DNA from: a virus
Taxonomy: Duplodnaviria > Heunggongvirae > Uroviricota > Caudoviricetes
Direction: 5' to 3' (one strand)
DNA length: 47,331 nt
IMG/VR virus record: IMGVR_UViG_2778261458_000002
The position numbers and the translations under genes are program-made. Positions 17,399 through 26,668 of the stretch are shown one piece after another (positions within the stretch are counted from its first letter, which is position 1; every line of letters starts with the position of its first letter). The notes under the pieces are model-generated. The model was given only the letters and a program-made list of their open reading frames with translations, made no database searches and was not told where the DNA came from.

Positions 17399-18067
17399 TT
17401 ACGCGGCAGTAGTCAGAGCCTCAAGCTGGTTGATAATCCCCTGAATAACGTCGTCTGCCTTTTTGCGTGGCGCAACGTATGAGCACTCAATGAGGCTTAA
17501 GCCCTTATCCTGAGCTTTGCTCAGAGCTGGCTTGTGGGGAATGTACTTATCGACAACAAAGTATGGCGTATTAGCCAGGTACTCTTGGGCTTCGATGTAG
17601 TCAGCTTCGTTTTCAGCCGCGCCGGAAAACACCATGCAAATTTTCTTGATTGGTACACCCTTTTTAACGATGCCGTGAGCCGTGTTAACGGTGGTTTCCA
17701 GGTCATCGGTAGAGAATCTGGTTGGCAAAATAACCATATCCAGAAATTCAGAGAGCTTCGGTACTGATTCAGATGCGTAGGCACCGCCATCGACGATAAC
17801 CAGGTCGTATACTTCTGATTCGATGATTTTCTGGACTTGTGATGGTGTGCCGCACGGCTGCGCCGCGATTGCTGGTTCGATATTGTTGGCCATTCTGCGT
17901 TGTACCCAACGCGTTACCGTTCCGTTAAGCACATCCATATCGATCAGGCATACATTCCAGCCAGCCTTTGCATAAGCAACTGCTAAAGCACGGGCAATTG
18001 TTGATTTGGTTACGCCGCCTTTTCCGTTGAAAATACCTACAGAGATAGTCATTTGTCGAGACTCCAT
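17399..18067 (-). CDS. parA: ParA-family partition ATPase (small type Ib, ParF-like)
   Basis: 222-aa ORF with deviant Walker A GKGGVTKST near N-terminus and Walker B-like LVIVDGG. Confidence 0.8.
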   Translation of the reverse strand: MESRQMTISVGIFNGKGGVTKSTIARALAVAYAKAGWNVCLIDMDVLNGTVTRWVQRRMANNIEPAIAAQPCGTPSQVQKIIESEVYDLVIVDGGAYASESVPKLSEFLDMVILPTRFSTDDLETTVNTAHGIVKKGVPIKKICMVFSGAAENEADYIEAQEYLANTPYFVVDKYIPHKPALSKAQDKGLSLIECSYVAPRKKADDVIQGIINQLEALTTAA

Positions 18068-18075
18068 GTGTTTGG

Positions 18076-18170
18076 TTATATAATTCTATAAATCTATATT
18101 TATAGAACGAGGTAAGCATAACCAACTTTTTGGCGGATGAAAAGCGTTTTATATAATTATATAAATCTAT
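18076..18170. repeat. two 23-bp direct repeats upstream of parA (centromere/operator candidate)
   Basis: TTATATAATTCTATAAATCTATA (18076-18098) and TTATATAATTATATAAATCTATA (18148-18170); a related box lies between parA and parG (17368-17400). Confidence 0.45.
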
Positions 18171-18202
18171 AATCATATAAGCGGGCGTTAGCCCGCTTGC
18201 AG

Positions 18203-18577
18203 TCAGAGGTCAGCTATCGTTGATATCAGTTGATTTGCTAGCTGTCGCTGTTTACGTGAGAGGGTTAGAGCAGCTTCTGAGCGGTCGCTAAGAGGGGTGT
18301 TTTCATCAAGAATCATGAGGCATACAGAAATAATAGCCCTGTTATATGCCATCAATGGCTGGCACAGCTTCGATACCGCTGGCACATCGTATTGTAAGGC
18401 CGTTTTGAGGCAGACTTTTTGTTCTGATGCCAGATGAAGGATAGATTCTATCCAGTCGATATCTTTCTCATTATCAATGATTTGGCATAACATACACTCA
18501 ATCGCTATGTTCAACGCTTGGATTTCGATTCCAGCAGTGATCAGAGTTTCGTTTTTATTGGCTGTATGTAATTCCAT
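18203..18577 (-). CDS. hypothetical protein
   Basis: 124-aa ORF downstream of repressor gene; operator-like CCACAAAGTGTGG 37 bp upstream of its start. Confidence 0.4.
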   Translation of the reverse strand: MELHTANKNETLITAGIEIQALNIAIECMLCQIIDNEKDIDWIESILHLASEQKVCLKTALQYDVPAVSKLCQPLMAYNRAIISVCLMILDENTPLSDRSEAALTLSRKQRQLANQLISTIADL

Positions 18578-18613
18578 GCGTAGCCTCTTTTATACTTTCA
18601 CATGTTGTCAAAA

Positions 18614-18626
18614 CCACAAAGTGTGG
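18614..18626. promoter_or_regulatory. operator-like palindrome CCACAAAGTGTGG
   Basis: Same CCAC-N5-GTGG architecture as the boxes at 19447-19501. Confidence 0.35.
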
Positions 18627-18669
18627 TTTTTTTGAGCGTAGAAATGCACGGCTTTCGCCGTGCTGTGTA

Positions 18670-19326
18670 TCATAACCAGTTGACAACACTAACTACGCGG
18701 CCAAGAACTTTATAACGCTTAAATTCCTCGTTATTCAGATGCTTAGTGTTCATTTCAGCATCCCTTTCGGTTGACAGCATAACAGCATTGTCACCCGGTA
18801 TGACTCTACAGTGCCTCAAAACAACCAGGCCATTTCTGTCTTCAAGGGCATAGATCCCCTCATGAATCTCTGTATCGTCTGTATCAATCAGGACTTGGGA
18901 GCCTGGGGATATTGTTGGTGACATTAACTCATCGTTGCTCTGGAGAACTGACAGAGACGATGGGTTGATGTTCTTGCTTCGTAGAATCTCCTGTTCTATC
19001 GCCAGCACTGGCTTTTCTCCGGCGTGCGATGCTATGTCATTTTTTATGGCTACAAGCCCAGGAATAACAGGAGCGTTAGTATTCTGGGGTGGGAACGGGT
19101 TATCTGTTAAGCACGCGATATAAGGCGCTGATGCTTTCAGGGCGTGCGCAATTTTCTTGATGGCAGGTATAGATGGTTGTCTTAATCCGGCCTCATAGTT
19201 CTGCAAGGTGCTTAAGCCTATTCCAGTGACTTGCTGGAGATCTCCGGCAGTCATGCCGGATTGTTTCCGTAGAGTCTGAATGCGCAGACCTATTTCTTTC
19301 TTGATGTTCTCGTCGTTGCTTTTCAT
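18670..19326 (-). CDS. CI/LexA-like repressor (N-terminal HTH, C-terminal S24 peptidase-like domain)
   Basis: 218-aa ORF; HTH IGLRIQTLRKQSGMTAGDLQQVTGIGLSTLQNYEAG; C-terminal domain with Ser (ELMSP) and Lys (KVLGRVV) as in autocleaving repressors. Confidence 0.75.
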   Translation of the reverse strand: MKSNDENIKKEIGLRIQTLRKQSGMTAGDLQQVTGIGLSTLQNYEAGLRQPSIPAIKKIAHALKASAPYIACLTDNPFPPQNTNAPVIPGLVAIKNDIASHAGEKPVLAIEQEILRSKNINPSSLSVLQSNDELMSPTISPGSQVLIDTDDTEIHEGIYALEDRNGLVVLRHCRVIPGDNAVMLSTERDAEMNTKHLNNEEFKRYKVLGRVVSVVNWL

Positions 19327-19364
19327 GTCTCATCAATCGTGAATGGTGGGTTATTTATACATTA

Positions 19365-19501
19365 CCACATTTAGTGGTTTTCACATGGTAAGACGAGAGG
19401 TGGACCACAAATAGAAGGTTATTTTTTGTTTCGCCCATTGAAAAGCTCACGATATGTGGTTTTAATACCACATATCGTGGTTTTAATACCACATATCGTG
19501 G
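19365..19501. promoter_or_regulatory. operator array between divergent repressor and early genes
   Basis: CCACATATCGTGG at 19468-19480 and 19489-19501, inverted variant at 19447-19459 (21-bp spacing), variant CCACATTTAGTGG at 19365-19377. Confidence 0.55.
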
Positions 19502-19521
19502 TTTTAATTGGAGTTCGTTAA

Positions 19522-20016
19522 ATGACCTTTCAGGAGTGGGTTGACGAAAATGGAGGCCAAATTGGTGTTGCCAGAAAGTTTGGCTTTACGTCATCACTGA
19601 TTGGTGCCTGGTATCGCTTCGAGAGATTCCCTCGTGCGGATAACCTGACGCTGCTGGTGGCGTATTCGGAAGGCCGGATTAACGTCCAGCAATGGGCGGC
19701 AGATTTTGCCGAACGTCAGCGCCAGCGTAGCGATGGCACATCGGTTCGGCAGAACAAGATCAAAGGGAATCTCCCTGTTAACTGCTTATCAAGGTTGAAA
19801 GCGGTTTTCTCTGAGCTGGGGATGCCTGCGGAGCGTTGCAATCTACGCGGTCCGCGATTCATTGCTCGCTGGAAACACTCACACGTAACCGTTTCAGAGG
19901 TTCGTGATGCGATTACCGTGCTGGAGCTTAAGAATAAAGATTCCAGCGATATCGAGCTGATTCATAAGGAGATTAGCAACGCCCGGCGTTCAGCACTTGG
20001 GAGGCTTGAGGAATGA
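19522..20016 (+). CDS. early regulatory protein, possibly Cro-like
   Basis: 164-aa ORF divergent from repressor, GGAG RBS; N-terminal GQIGVARKFGFTSSLIGAW HTH-like segment. Confidence 0.35.
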   Translation: MTFQEWVDENGGQIGVARKFGFTSSLIGAWYRFERFPRADNLTLLVAYSEGRINVQQWAADFAERQRQRSDGTSVRQNKIKGNLPVNCLSRLKAVFSELGMPAERCNLRGPRFIARWKHSHVTVSEVRDAITVLELKNKDSSDIELIHKEISNARRSALGRLEE

Positions 20017-20528
20017 TGATTCTGGCCTTCTTTGGTGATAATCACCAGATTCAATCGCAGGTGGTGCACTACCTTGATCAAACGATTAAAGGATTTGTTA
20101 TCGATCATATTGATAACGATAGTAAACGTCTATCTGTAGAGCAGAAAATTGGACGTGTGCAGCGACTGGTTGCCAGCCGTAACAGACGTGACACCGTAAC
20201 AGTCGTCACGGGGATAACGGAGGTCATGGAGTACCAGATGTTGCTGCATCGCGGAGCTGTTTTCTGCGTTCTTCCTGGCATTCTGCCAGCAATTCTTGCT
20301 CGTGGTTTTGTCCCTATTGATGAGTCGTTCTTATATGTAACCCCAAGCCGTTCCCTTCTGGATACGGAGGCGAAGCGTCGCATTTATATGATGCCGGACG
20401 AGGCATTTTCTGAATGTTACCGCCGTGAAATGAGGTTGGGTAAACGAGAAGTGTCTGTTGTTCGTGATGGCAGGTTTTTAAGAAGCCGCACGGTGAAAAG
20501 CACCAGAAATGACGGGGGGCATCAATGA
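20013..20528 (+). CDS. hypothetical protein
   Basis: 171-aa ORF, ATGA overlap with upstream gene. Confidence 0.4.
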   Translation: MMILAFFGDNHQIQSQVVHYLDQTIKGFVIDHIDNDSKRLSVEQKIGRVQRLVASRNRRDTVTVVTGITEVMEYQMLLHRGAVFCVLPGILPAILARGFVPIDESFLYVTPSRSLLDTEAKRRIYMMPDEAFSECYRREMRLGKREVSVVRDGRFLRSRTVKSTRNDGGHQ

Positions 20529-20758
20529 GTAGTTATGTTCGCGGTGCTGCGATGCATTGCCAGAATCCCCAATTCTGGCGCTTTCTGACCAGTAAAACAG
20601 GGAAGAACGTTTCAAACAGTTCTGAGGCCTCTGTGATTCTGCGTGAGTTTTGCGGGATCTCATCCCGTAAAGAGCTGGCAAAGAACTACGCGGCCAGAAG
20701 CATGTATGTCCAGTTAATCAACGAGTTCAACCTCTTTATCAATGGTAAGGGGCGCTGA
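20525..20758 (+). CDS. hypothetical protein
   Basis: 77-aa ORF, coupled to neighbours. Confidence 0.3.
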   Translation: MSSYVRGAAMHCQNPQFWRFLTSKTGKNVSNSSEASVILREFCGISSRKELAKNYAARSMYVQLINEFNLFINGKGR

Positions 20759-21162
20759 TGAACGGACGTACACCAACGAAGAAAGAGAAACTTTATATAC
20801 AAGCGGTGCTCACTCATGTGGGTTGCATAGCTTGCATTATTGATGGCCGTGAAATTGAGAATCCAGAGCTGTGGACGGAGCTACATCACGATCCTGATTA
20901 CGGCAGCGTTGATGAGAATTGCCACTTCCATAGCTTTGGGTTGTGCGCACCACATCATCGCGGTGTTGTGCCTGGTGGTGGGCGCGTGCCTCCGCATATT
21001 GCCGTTCGTCACCCTCCCCTGAGTAATTGTGCTCGCTTTGTTGAGCGTTATGGCACCGATGAATTTTTGTGTGCGCAGACGTGGGAGCTGTTGCCGCAGT
21101 CAGTTAAAGACGAAATTGGGTTTGATCTTAGTCTTGGTGAAGTACCAGGGGATACCAAATGA
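20758..21162 (+). CDS. Cys/His-rich protein, possibly HNH/Ref-like nuclease
   Basis: 134-aa ORF with GCIACIIDGR ... ELHHDPDYG ... CHFHSFGLCAPHH metal-binding pattern. Confidence 0.3.
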   Translation: MNGRTPTKKEKLYIQAVLTHVGCIACIIDGREIENPELWTELHHDPDYGSVDENCHFHSFGLCAPHHRGVVPGGGRVPPHIAVRHPPLSNCARFVERYGTDEFLCAQTWELLPQSVKDEIGFDLSLGEVPGDTK

Positions 21163-21491
21163 GATATACCGGCTTTCGCAAACCAGCGACAAGGAAAAGC
21201 AAATACGGCAATAAAAAAACGGTTGTCGATGATATCGCTTTTGATAGCAAAAAAGAGGCTGATTACTACTGCGAACTGAAGCTACTGAGAAAAGCTGGCC
21301 GCGTTGTGACGTTTCTTATGCAGGTGCCTTTTCATCTGCCTGGTGGTGTCGTTTATAAACTTGATTTCATGGTGTTTTATGACGATGGGACGATTGATTG
21401 TGTCGACACTAAAGGTGTGCGAACAGACGTCTACATCATGAAGAAAAAGCAGGTAGAGGCACTTTATCCCGTCACGATACGGGAGATCTGA
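21159..21491 (+). CDS. phage protein, DUF1064-like
   Basis: 110-aa ORF with SKYGNKKTVVDDIAFDSKKEADYYCELKLLRKAG, a pattern I associate with DUF1064 phage proteins. Confidence 0.45.
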   Translation: MRYTGFRKPATRKSKYGNKKTVVDDIAFDSKKEADYYCELKLLRKAGRVVTFLMQVPFHLPGGVVYKLDFMVFYDDGTIDCVDTKGVRTDVYIMKKKQVEALYPVTIREI

Positions 21492-21494
21492 ACA

Positions 21495-21872
21495 GTGAGA
21501 CGCGATCTGGATAGCTTGTTTGAGCTATGGGCGCTGTGGGTGCGCAATGGCTGCAACGCCCGTAGCGGTTTCGCGTCGATGTTAGAAATGATGATGGTTA
21601 CGCGCTGCCAGTTTACCGGAGGGGGCGGCGCACCAAATGACTCACTGGAAACCAGTATAGAGGGAGCGGTGACGGCCCTCACGGTAGTTGATGAGACTGC
21701 GGCGCTGGTTATCCGAATTGAATACGGGGCGTGGGAGATTCGGGGCCTCGACATAAATGCACCGCATATTGATAAAGCCCACGCCCTTTCTCTTAGTCTC
21801 AGACAGTATCGCCGGAAGCTGGCAAAAGCCAGGGCGTATGTTGTCGACTATTTGAAAAAGCGAAGAGAGTAA
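21495..21872 (+). CDS. candidate late-gene antiterminator (Q-like)
   Basis: 125-aa ORF (GTG start) ending ~50 bp before conserved promoter module B and upstream of the lysis cassette; weak resemblance to small Q proteins. Confidence 0.3.
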   Translation: MRRDLDSLFELWALWVRNGCNARSGFASMLEMMMVTRCQFTGGGGAPNDSLETSIEGAVTALTVVDETAALVIRIEYGAWEIRGLDINAPHIDKAHALSLSLRQYRRKLAKARAYVVDYLKKRRE

Positions 21873-21924
21873 AAGTGTCATTTTGAGCTGTTTTGATGGT
21901 GTGTAGACATCGGGAATATCGAAA

Positions 21925-22041
21925 ATCTATAAATATATAATTATAGATTTATATAAAAAGTGCTTTACAGGTGGGAAAAAATTTCCTAAGGTTATACCCG
22001 AAACCGAGCGATACCCGCCCTGGTTAAACCGGAGAAATCTG
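21925..22041 (+). promoter_or_regulatory. conserved promoter + 5' leader module, copy B
   Basis: Near-identical to 11683-11801 and 27617-27730; ends at ATG 22042. Confidence 0.5.
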
Positions 22042-23109
22042 ATGAATAAACAAGTAATTATTTCTGACTGGATCAACAACCCTAACAGCCTGTTAAGCAC
22101 TGATACTGGCTACCTATTACGCCATGTTAATGGTCGTATGGTCAAAAGCGATGAGCACGAAACCTTTTTCTTTGTTGAAGACGATGGGCGCATCTATGAG
22201 GATGGTTACTCTTATGAAGCCCAAACTGGTTGTATCCCTGCGGAGCTGGTGGACGTAACAGAAGATCTGCGCAAAGCATGGCTTGAACAGCAGCAGCGCG
22301 GAGATGATTACGTAAACACCTATCAGGAACGCCAGAACGCGCGTCTTGCCCGATATATTGCTCGTGCAGAAAAAGCCAGAAAAGAAGGTGCGGTAGCGCA
22401 TAAGCGAGCGCATGACCTGTTGGATGTGATCCCGTTAGGCCAGCCGATTTTAGTTGACCATTATAGCGCGAAAGGCCATCGCCGCCGTTTGTCTAAAGCT
22501 GATGCGTTATTCAGAAAAGCGTTTGTTGAATGCGAAAGTAAAGCATCACACTACGAGAGCAAAGCCGCAGGTGTTGGTCGTAATGGAATTTCGTCTGATG
22601 ATCCTGATGCGCTATTTAAGTTGCTTCGTAAGCTGCAAGGCTGCATGAAGTCACACGTCAAAATGAAGGCCGCAAATAAGGCCATTCGCAAATACAAAAA
22701 AGACCAATTACAGCAGCTTTCTGCATTAATCGATCTCAGGTTTACAGAAAGCGAAGCCAAAGAGTTACTGGCCGGAGATTTTTGTGGGCGCATCGGATTC
22801 CCTTCATACGCACTGAGCAACAATAACGCCGAGATCAAACGACTACAGAGCCGTATTAAGGAGCTTGAATCGGTCAAGTCTGTAACAGGAGCACAGCGCG
22901 AAGAATACGACGACTTTTCTATGGAGATAGATCCAGAGGATAACCGCATCCTGTTTTATTTCCCTGGCAAACCAGAGGCAAACATTCGTTCGCTGCTTAA
23001 ATCACGCGCCTTTAAGTGGAGTCCAACCCGTAATGCATGGGTTCGCAAGATTACTCCAAACGCCCTGGCTGATGCCCGATATCTAAAAGAATCGCTATTG
23101 AAAGCCTGA
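22042..23109 (+). CDS. hypothetical protein (DUF3560-like)
   Basis: 355-aa ORF starting at end of module B; HYSAKGHRRRLSKADALF and FKWSPTRNAWVRK segments. Confidence 0.45.
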   Translation: MNKQVIISDWINNPNSLLSTDTGYLLRHVNGRMVKSDEHETFFFVEDDGRIYEDGYSYEAQTGCIPAELVDVTEDLRKAWLEQQQRGDDYVNTYQERQNARLARYIARAEKARKEGAVAHKRAHDLLDVIPLGQPILVDHYSAKGHRRRLSKADALFRKAFVECESKASHYESKAAGVGRNGISSDDPDALFKLLRKLQGCMKSHVKMKAANKAIRKYKKDQLQQLSALIDLRFTESEAKELLAGDFCGRIGFPSYALSNNNAEIKRLQSRIKELESVKSVTGAQREEYDDFSMEIDPEDNRILFYFPGKPEANIRSLLKSRAFKWSPTRNAWVRKITPNALADARYLKESLLKA

Positions 23110-23120
23110 CAGTAAGCCTA

Positions 23121-23140
23121 CGGCGGGACGTCTCCCGCCG
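23121..23140 (+). terminator. terminator-like hairpin
   Basis: CGGCGGGA-CGTC-TCCCGCCG hairpin after the 355-aa gene; followed by AT-rich box rather than a clean T-run. Confidence 0.35.
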
Positions 23141-23186
23141 TATATAGAATTATATATTTATATAAATGTATAAGGACGCCTCGACA

Positions 23187-23468
23187 ATGAAACGCAAAAT
23201 TATTAACCCCCAAGATGTGATTAATTTCCTGACCGATCACCCATGTTCAAAAGTGGACGTAATCGCGGAGCACATTGGTGTGTCGCAGAACTCTATGCGT
23301 TGCAGACTGAGAAGCATGGTTGCCGAAGGACAGATAACAACCAGGAAAATAAATGGTTGCCTGTACTACTCCGCTAAACCGGAATTGCCATTTGGCATGA
23401 ATCCTAACTCCATGTTGTTTAACACCTTATTAGCCAAAGTTAAGCCGTTGAGAGAGGCTGTGGCATGA
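23187..23468 (+). CDS. winged-helix DNA-binding protein (FaeA-like)
   Basis: 93 aa from ATG 23187 (AAGGA RBS); VDVIAEHIGVSQNSMRCRLRSMVAEGQI helix-turn-helix. Confidence 0.45.
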   Translation: MKRKIINPQDVINFLTDHPCSKVDVIAEHIGVSQNSMRCRLRSMVAEGQITTRKINGCLYYSAKPELPFGMNPNSMLFNTLLAKVKPLREAVA

Positions 23469-23830
23469 GCATCAAAACACATACCGGAATAATCATTACC
23501 AATGATGGTGAGAAAAAAGTGAAGTTGCGCGAGACGCCGACAACCTGGTGTGTTGGTCCGAAAGAAACATATCGCAAGGAAGATGGCCGTCGTTGTGGGG
23601 CACCACTTTCCCGCCGTCGCCTCCTTTTGAGCACGATAAAACCTATCGGGCAGGTTGAGCAACCAACGACTCCGGTAACGAAGATTTCAGACAAGAGTCT
23701 GGCAAACCTGATCGCCGATGCGGACAAGGTGCTGGAGCGGAACACCCCAGTAGCCGATGAGGAATGGTGGCAGGATTTCCGAGCCGCAATGCTAGAGCTT
23801 CAGGAACGTCGTCGGGAGGAGTTGAAGTGA
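23465..23830 (+). CDS. hypothetical protein
   Basis: 121-aa ORF, ATGA-coupled. Confidence 0.4.
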   Translation: MSIKTHTGIIITNDGEKKVKLRETPTTWCVGPKETYRKEDGRRCGAPLSRRRLLLSTIKPIGQVEQPTTPVTKISDKSLANLIADADKVLERNTPVADEEWWQDFRAAMLELQERRREELK

Positions 23831-24018
23831 GCAAGAAAAATGCCGGATGGGTCAGGCCAATGAAGGCGAATAAACATCATTATTTTAATGAAGGTGAAGT
23901 AACCAGCATTTGCGGCCGTTGGATGTATTTTGGTGATTACCGTGAGCCAGACACTTTTGAGAGTCCTGATGATTGCGTGTCTTGTCGCCGGAAATTGAAC
24001 AAGGTGGCTTCTAAATGA
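23827..24018 (+). CDS. small Cys-rich protein (zinc-ribbon-like)
   Basis: ICGRW...DDCVSCRR pattern; start uncertain (GTG 23827 or ATG 23860). Confidence 0.3.
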   Translation: MSKKNAGWVRPMKANKHHYFNEGEVTSICGRWMYFGDYREPDTFESPDDCVSCRRKLNKVASK

Positions 24019-24404
24019 AAGAACGTGGTGTTGTTTTTAATGACGATATGGTTAGGTCCATCCTCGAAGGAAGGAAGACGCAGACTCGCCGACCTGTAAA
24101 AAATGTCAGGGCCGATAACTGCCTGGTTATCCGTAAACCGACAAAGAAACGCAATGGTGTCTATACCCACGTTATGGATGCACCTGAACATGGTTTATGC
24201 CCGTTCGGTAACGTTGGTGATCGCATATGGGTCCGTGAGGCGTGGGCGATATTAGGCAATGAGGATGGTTGCAGTGTGGACTGGAACGACAACCTTTGTC
24301 GTGGCGATGAGAAGAACGCAGCAAGGATTTATCGGGCCAGTTGTGAGCAAAAGCCTGGTGATTACGGTTTGTGGTCGATATCCCAGCCAGTGGTTGAGAG
24401 TTAG
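24015..24404 (+). CDS. ASCH-like domain protein
   Basis: 129-aa ORF; N-terminal FNDDMVRSILEGRKTQTRRP resembles ASCH/PUA-like proteins. Confidence 0.4.
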   Translation: MKERGVVFNDDMVRSILEGRKTQTRRPVKNVRADNCLVIRKPTKKRNGVYTHVMDAPEHGLCPFGNVGDRIWVREAWAILGNEDGCSVDWNDNLCRGDEKNAARIYRASCEQKPGDYGLWSISQPVVES

Positions 24405-24848
24405 CAATCGCCGTGTGGTGTTGTTCTCATTTTCTGGAATTGCCAGAGAGGGAGTAAAAGAGAAGCGCAGCGCGGCGCAAAACCGCTGGAAAAACCACTT
24501 ATATAAGCTGTAGTGAGAAACCATGCGCTTACGAGCAGTATTCAGATATTCAGAGCGGGTAATGAAGCACATACAACCGAAAACATGGCAGAAACTGGAC
24601 TCTATGGGAGTTAAGTTGGAGAAGATTACTCAACTTAAGCAGTGGCATATCGGCGAATATTATGGAAGTCCTGGTCGGGATGTTCGGTTGGTAAAAAGTT
24701 GAATATTGCTTTTTTATTGATCGATTAACCACAATATGAAGTTTTTTTTATGGGAAAACCTTGTTTTAGGTGGTAACTGGGTGTAGTGTTTCATTTAACG
24801 TAGTAAAACTGCGTTAAGCGATTACCGCGTAATTTGTTGCTTTATGAA

Positions 24849-24879
24849 GCCCTGCCTTTTTCGGCGGGGCTTTTTTTTT
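24849..24879 (+). terminator. intrinsic terminator upstream of lysis cassette
   Basis: GCCCTGCC / GGCGGGGC stem (one G-U pair) followed by nine T. Confidence 0.65.
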
Positions 24880-24892
24880 AACGAGGATTTCA

Positions 24893-25288
24893 ATGTCAGC
24901 AGAACCAATTTCCGGTACGGCCGTTGCTGCTGGTGGCCTGATGGGTGCCAGCGTTTTTGGTATTGCAACTGGTATTGATTACGGCGTTGTATTCGGGGCA
25001 TTTGCTGGCGCTGTTTTCTATGTTGCTACAGCGGTGAATATTAGCCGTCTCAAGCTGATTGGCTATTTCTTTACATCGTTCATTGTTGGAGTGATTGGAG
25101 CGCCGTTAGTTGGCTCATTTCTTGCCAAATGGACCAGCTACAACGATCGTCCTCTTGATGCACTTGGTGCGGTTATTGTGGCTGCATTGACAATTAAAAT
25201 CCTCACGTTCGTAAACAGCCAGGATCTCGGTAGCATCTTTGGAATGCTTTCCCGCTTACGTGGAGGGGGGGCAAATGGTAAGCAGTGA
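24893..25288 (+). CDS. membrane protein, putative holin
   Basis: 131-aa ORF with several hydrophobic helices, first gene of lysis cluster. Confidence 0.45.
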   Translation: MSAEPISGTAVAAGGLMGASVFGIATGIDYGVVFGAFAGAVFYVATAVNISRLKLIGYFFTSFIVGVIGAPLVGSFLAKWTSYNDRPLDALGAVIVAALTIKILTFVNSQDLGSIFGMLSRLRGGGANGKQ

Positions 25289-25571
25289 CCCGTCAGCACT
25301 GATTAATGCGGTGCTTTGCACAGTAATAGTAATGGCGCTGATGCTTTATCGACGGAAAGACTCCAGGCATCGTCCATTTGTTTCCTTTCTGGCTTATATC
25401 TACGTCATTGTATACGCCAATGTTCCCTTCCGTTATGTGTTCGGTCTTTATCAAGAATCCCACTGGTTGGTGGTTATTGGAAATCTGATTATCTGCATCG
25501 TTGTTCTGTATTTCAGGGGCAATCTGGCGAGGATAGTTGACTCATTAGGGTTTAATCATGACCAAAGATGA
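25275..25571 (+). CDS. small membrane protein (holin/antiholin candidate)
   Basis: 98 aa from ATG 25275 (G-rich RBS); three predicted TM helices. Confidence 0.4.
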   Translation: MVSSDPSALINAVLCTVIVMALMLYRRKDSRHRPFVSFLAYIYVIVYANVPFRYVFGLYQESHWLVVIGNLIICIVVLYFRGNLARIVDSLGFNHDQR

Positions 25572-26100
25572 GATTTTTAACAGCGTTCTTGGAAAAGAGG
25601 GTGGCTATGTGGAGCACCCTGACGACAAGGGAGGCCCAACAAAGTGGGGCATTACTCAGAACACTGCCCGTGCTCATGGATACCGTGGCGATATGCGCGA
25701 TTTAACCCGCGAACAGGCACTGGAAATCCTTGAGGCTGATTACTGGTACGGACCACGCTTTGATCAGGTGGCCGCATTATCCTCTGATATTGCCGCAGAG
25801 CTGTGTGACACGGGGGTGAACATGGGGCCAACAGTGGCGTCAAAAATGCTTCAACGCTGGCTGAATGTGTTCAACCTGCGCGGGAAGCTGTATCCCGATT
25901 TGGATGCAGACGGACGAATCGGTCCACGTACCATTAATGCGCTACGTGCTTATCTTGGGAATCGGGGAAAAGATGGCGAACGGGTGATGCTGACGTCGCT
26001 GAACTGTACGCAGGGCGAACGCTATCTGGAGCTGGCGGAGAAGCGCGAGGCTAATGAGTCGTTTGTCTACGGCTGGATGAAAGAGCGAGTGGTGGTATGA
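25558..26100 (+). CDS. endolysin, GH108-like lysozyme with peptidoglycan-binding domain
   Basis: 180-aa ORF; N-terminal VLGKEGGYVEHPDDKGGPTKWGIT (EGGY motif) and C-terminal PG-binding-like region. Confidence 0.7.
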   Translation: MTKDEIFNSVLGKEGGYVEHPDDKGGPTKWGITQNTARAHGYRGDMRDLTREQALEILEADYWYGPRFDQVAALSSDIAAELCDTGVNMGPTVASKMLQRWLNVFNLRGKLYPDLDADGRIGPRTINALRAYLGNRGKDGERVMLTSLNCTQGERYLELAEKREANESFVYGWMKERVVV

Positions 26101-26375
26101 CTGGTTTGAAAGCCGTTTTGTCATTTATCGGCACCGTTATATTGGTTGCATTCGGTGCGTTTGGTTTTGGTCGAATGAAGGGGCGAGAAAAGGCCGAAGA
26201 TGAAGCTGAAAAGCAGCGCATTAATGAGAATGCAGCCGCCGTAAAAGCCACTGCGGAGCGGCGTATAGAAGTGACAAAAGAGGTGGGGAATGTACAGCAG
26301 AGTGTTAACCATATGGCTGATGACGATGTTGATCGCGAGCTGCGGGAGTCGTGGAAGCGTCCCGGTGGTGGTTGA
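26097..26375 (+). CDS. i-spanin (Rz-like)
   Basis: 92-aa ORF, N-terminal TM helix then charged coiled-coil; overlaps endolysin stop. Confidence 0.55.
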   Translation: MTGLKAVLSFIGTVILVAFGAFGFGRMKGREKAEDEAEKQRINENAAAVKATAERRIEVTKEVGNVQQSVNHMADDDVDRELRESWKRPGGG

Positions 26376-26499
26376 TACCGCCTGTGATTGGGTAAAGCCC
26401 ATCTACCTGACTGATCACGATATCGATGTTATGGACCGCCAGACAAAGAAAGATATTCTGGCTCATAACAGGGCATGGGAAATCAACTGCCCAAAGTAA
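26290..26499 (+). CDS. o-spanin (Rz1-like lipoprotein) overlapping Rz in another frame
   Basis: 69-aa ORF with lipobox-like LIASC starting inside the Rz gene. Confidence 0.45.
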   Translation: MYSRVLTIWLMTMLIASCGSRGSVPVVVDTACDWVKPIYLTDHDIDVMDRQTKKDILAHNRAWEINCPK

Positions 26500-26668
26500 T
26501 ATATATTTCTATAATTATATAAATATATAGTTACAACATTCTATGCGCTTTTCTCATGAGCGCACGCATCAACCATGTTTGTCTGATATGCCGCCGCGCC
26601 CAAAAATCCTGAATTTATTGGCTGGGATTTTCGTGCGCGGCGCCACACCAGACAAACAAATCAAATAT

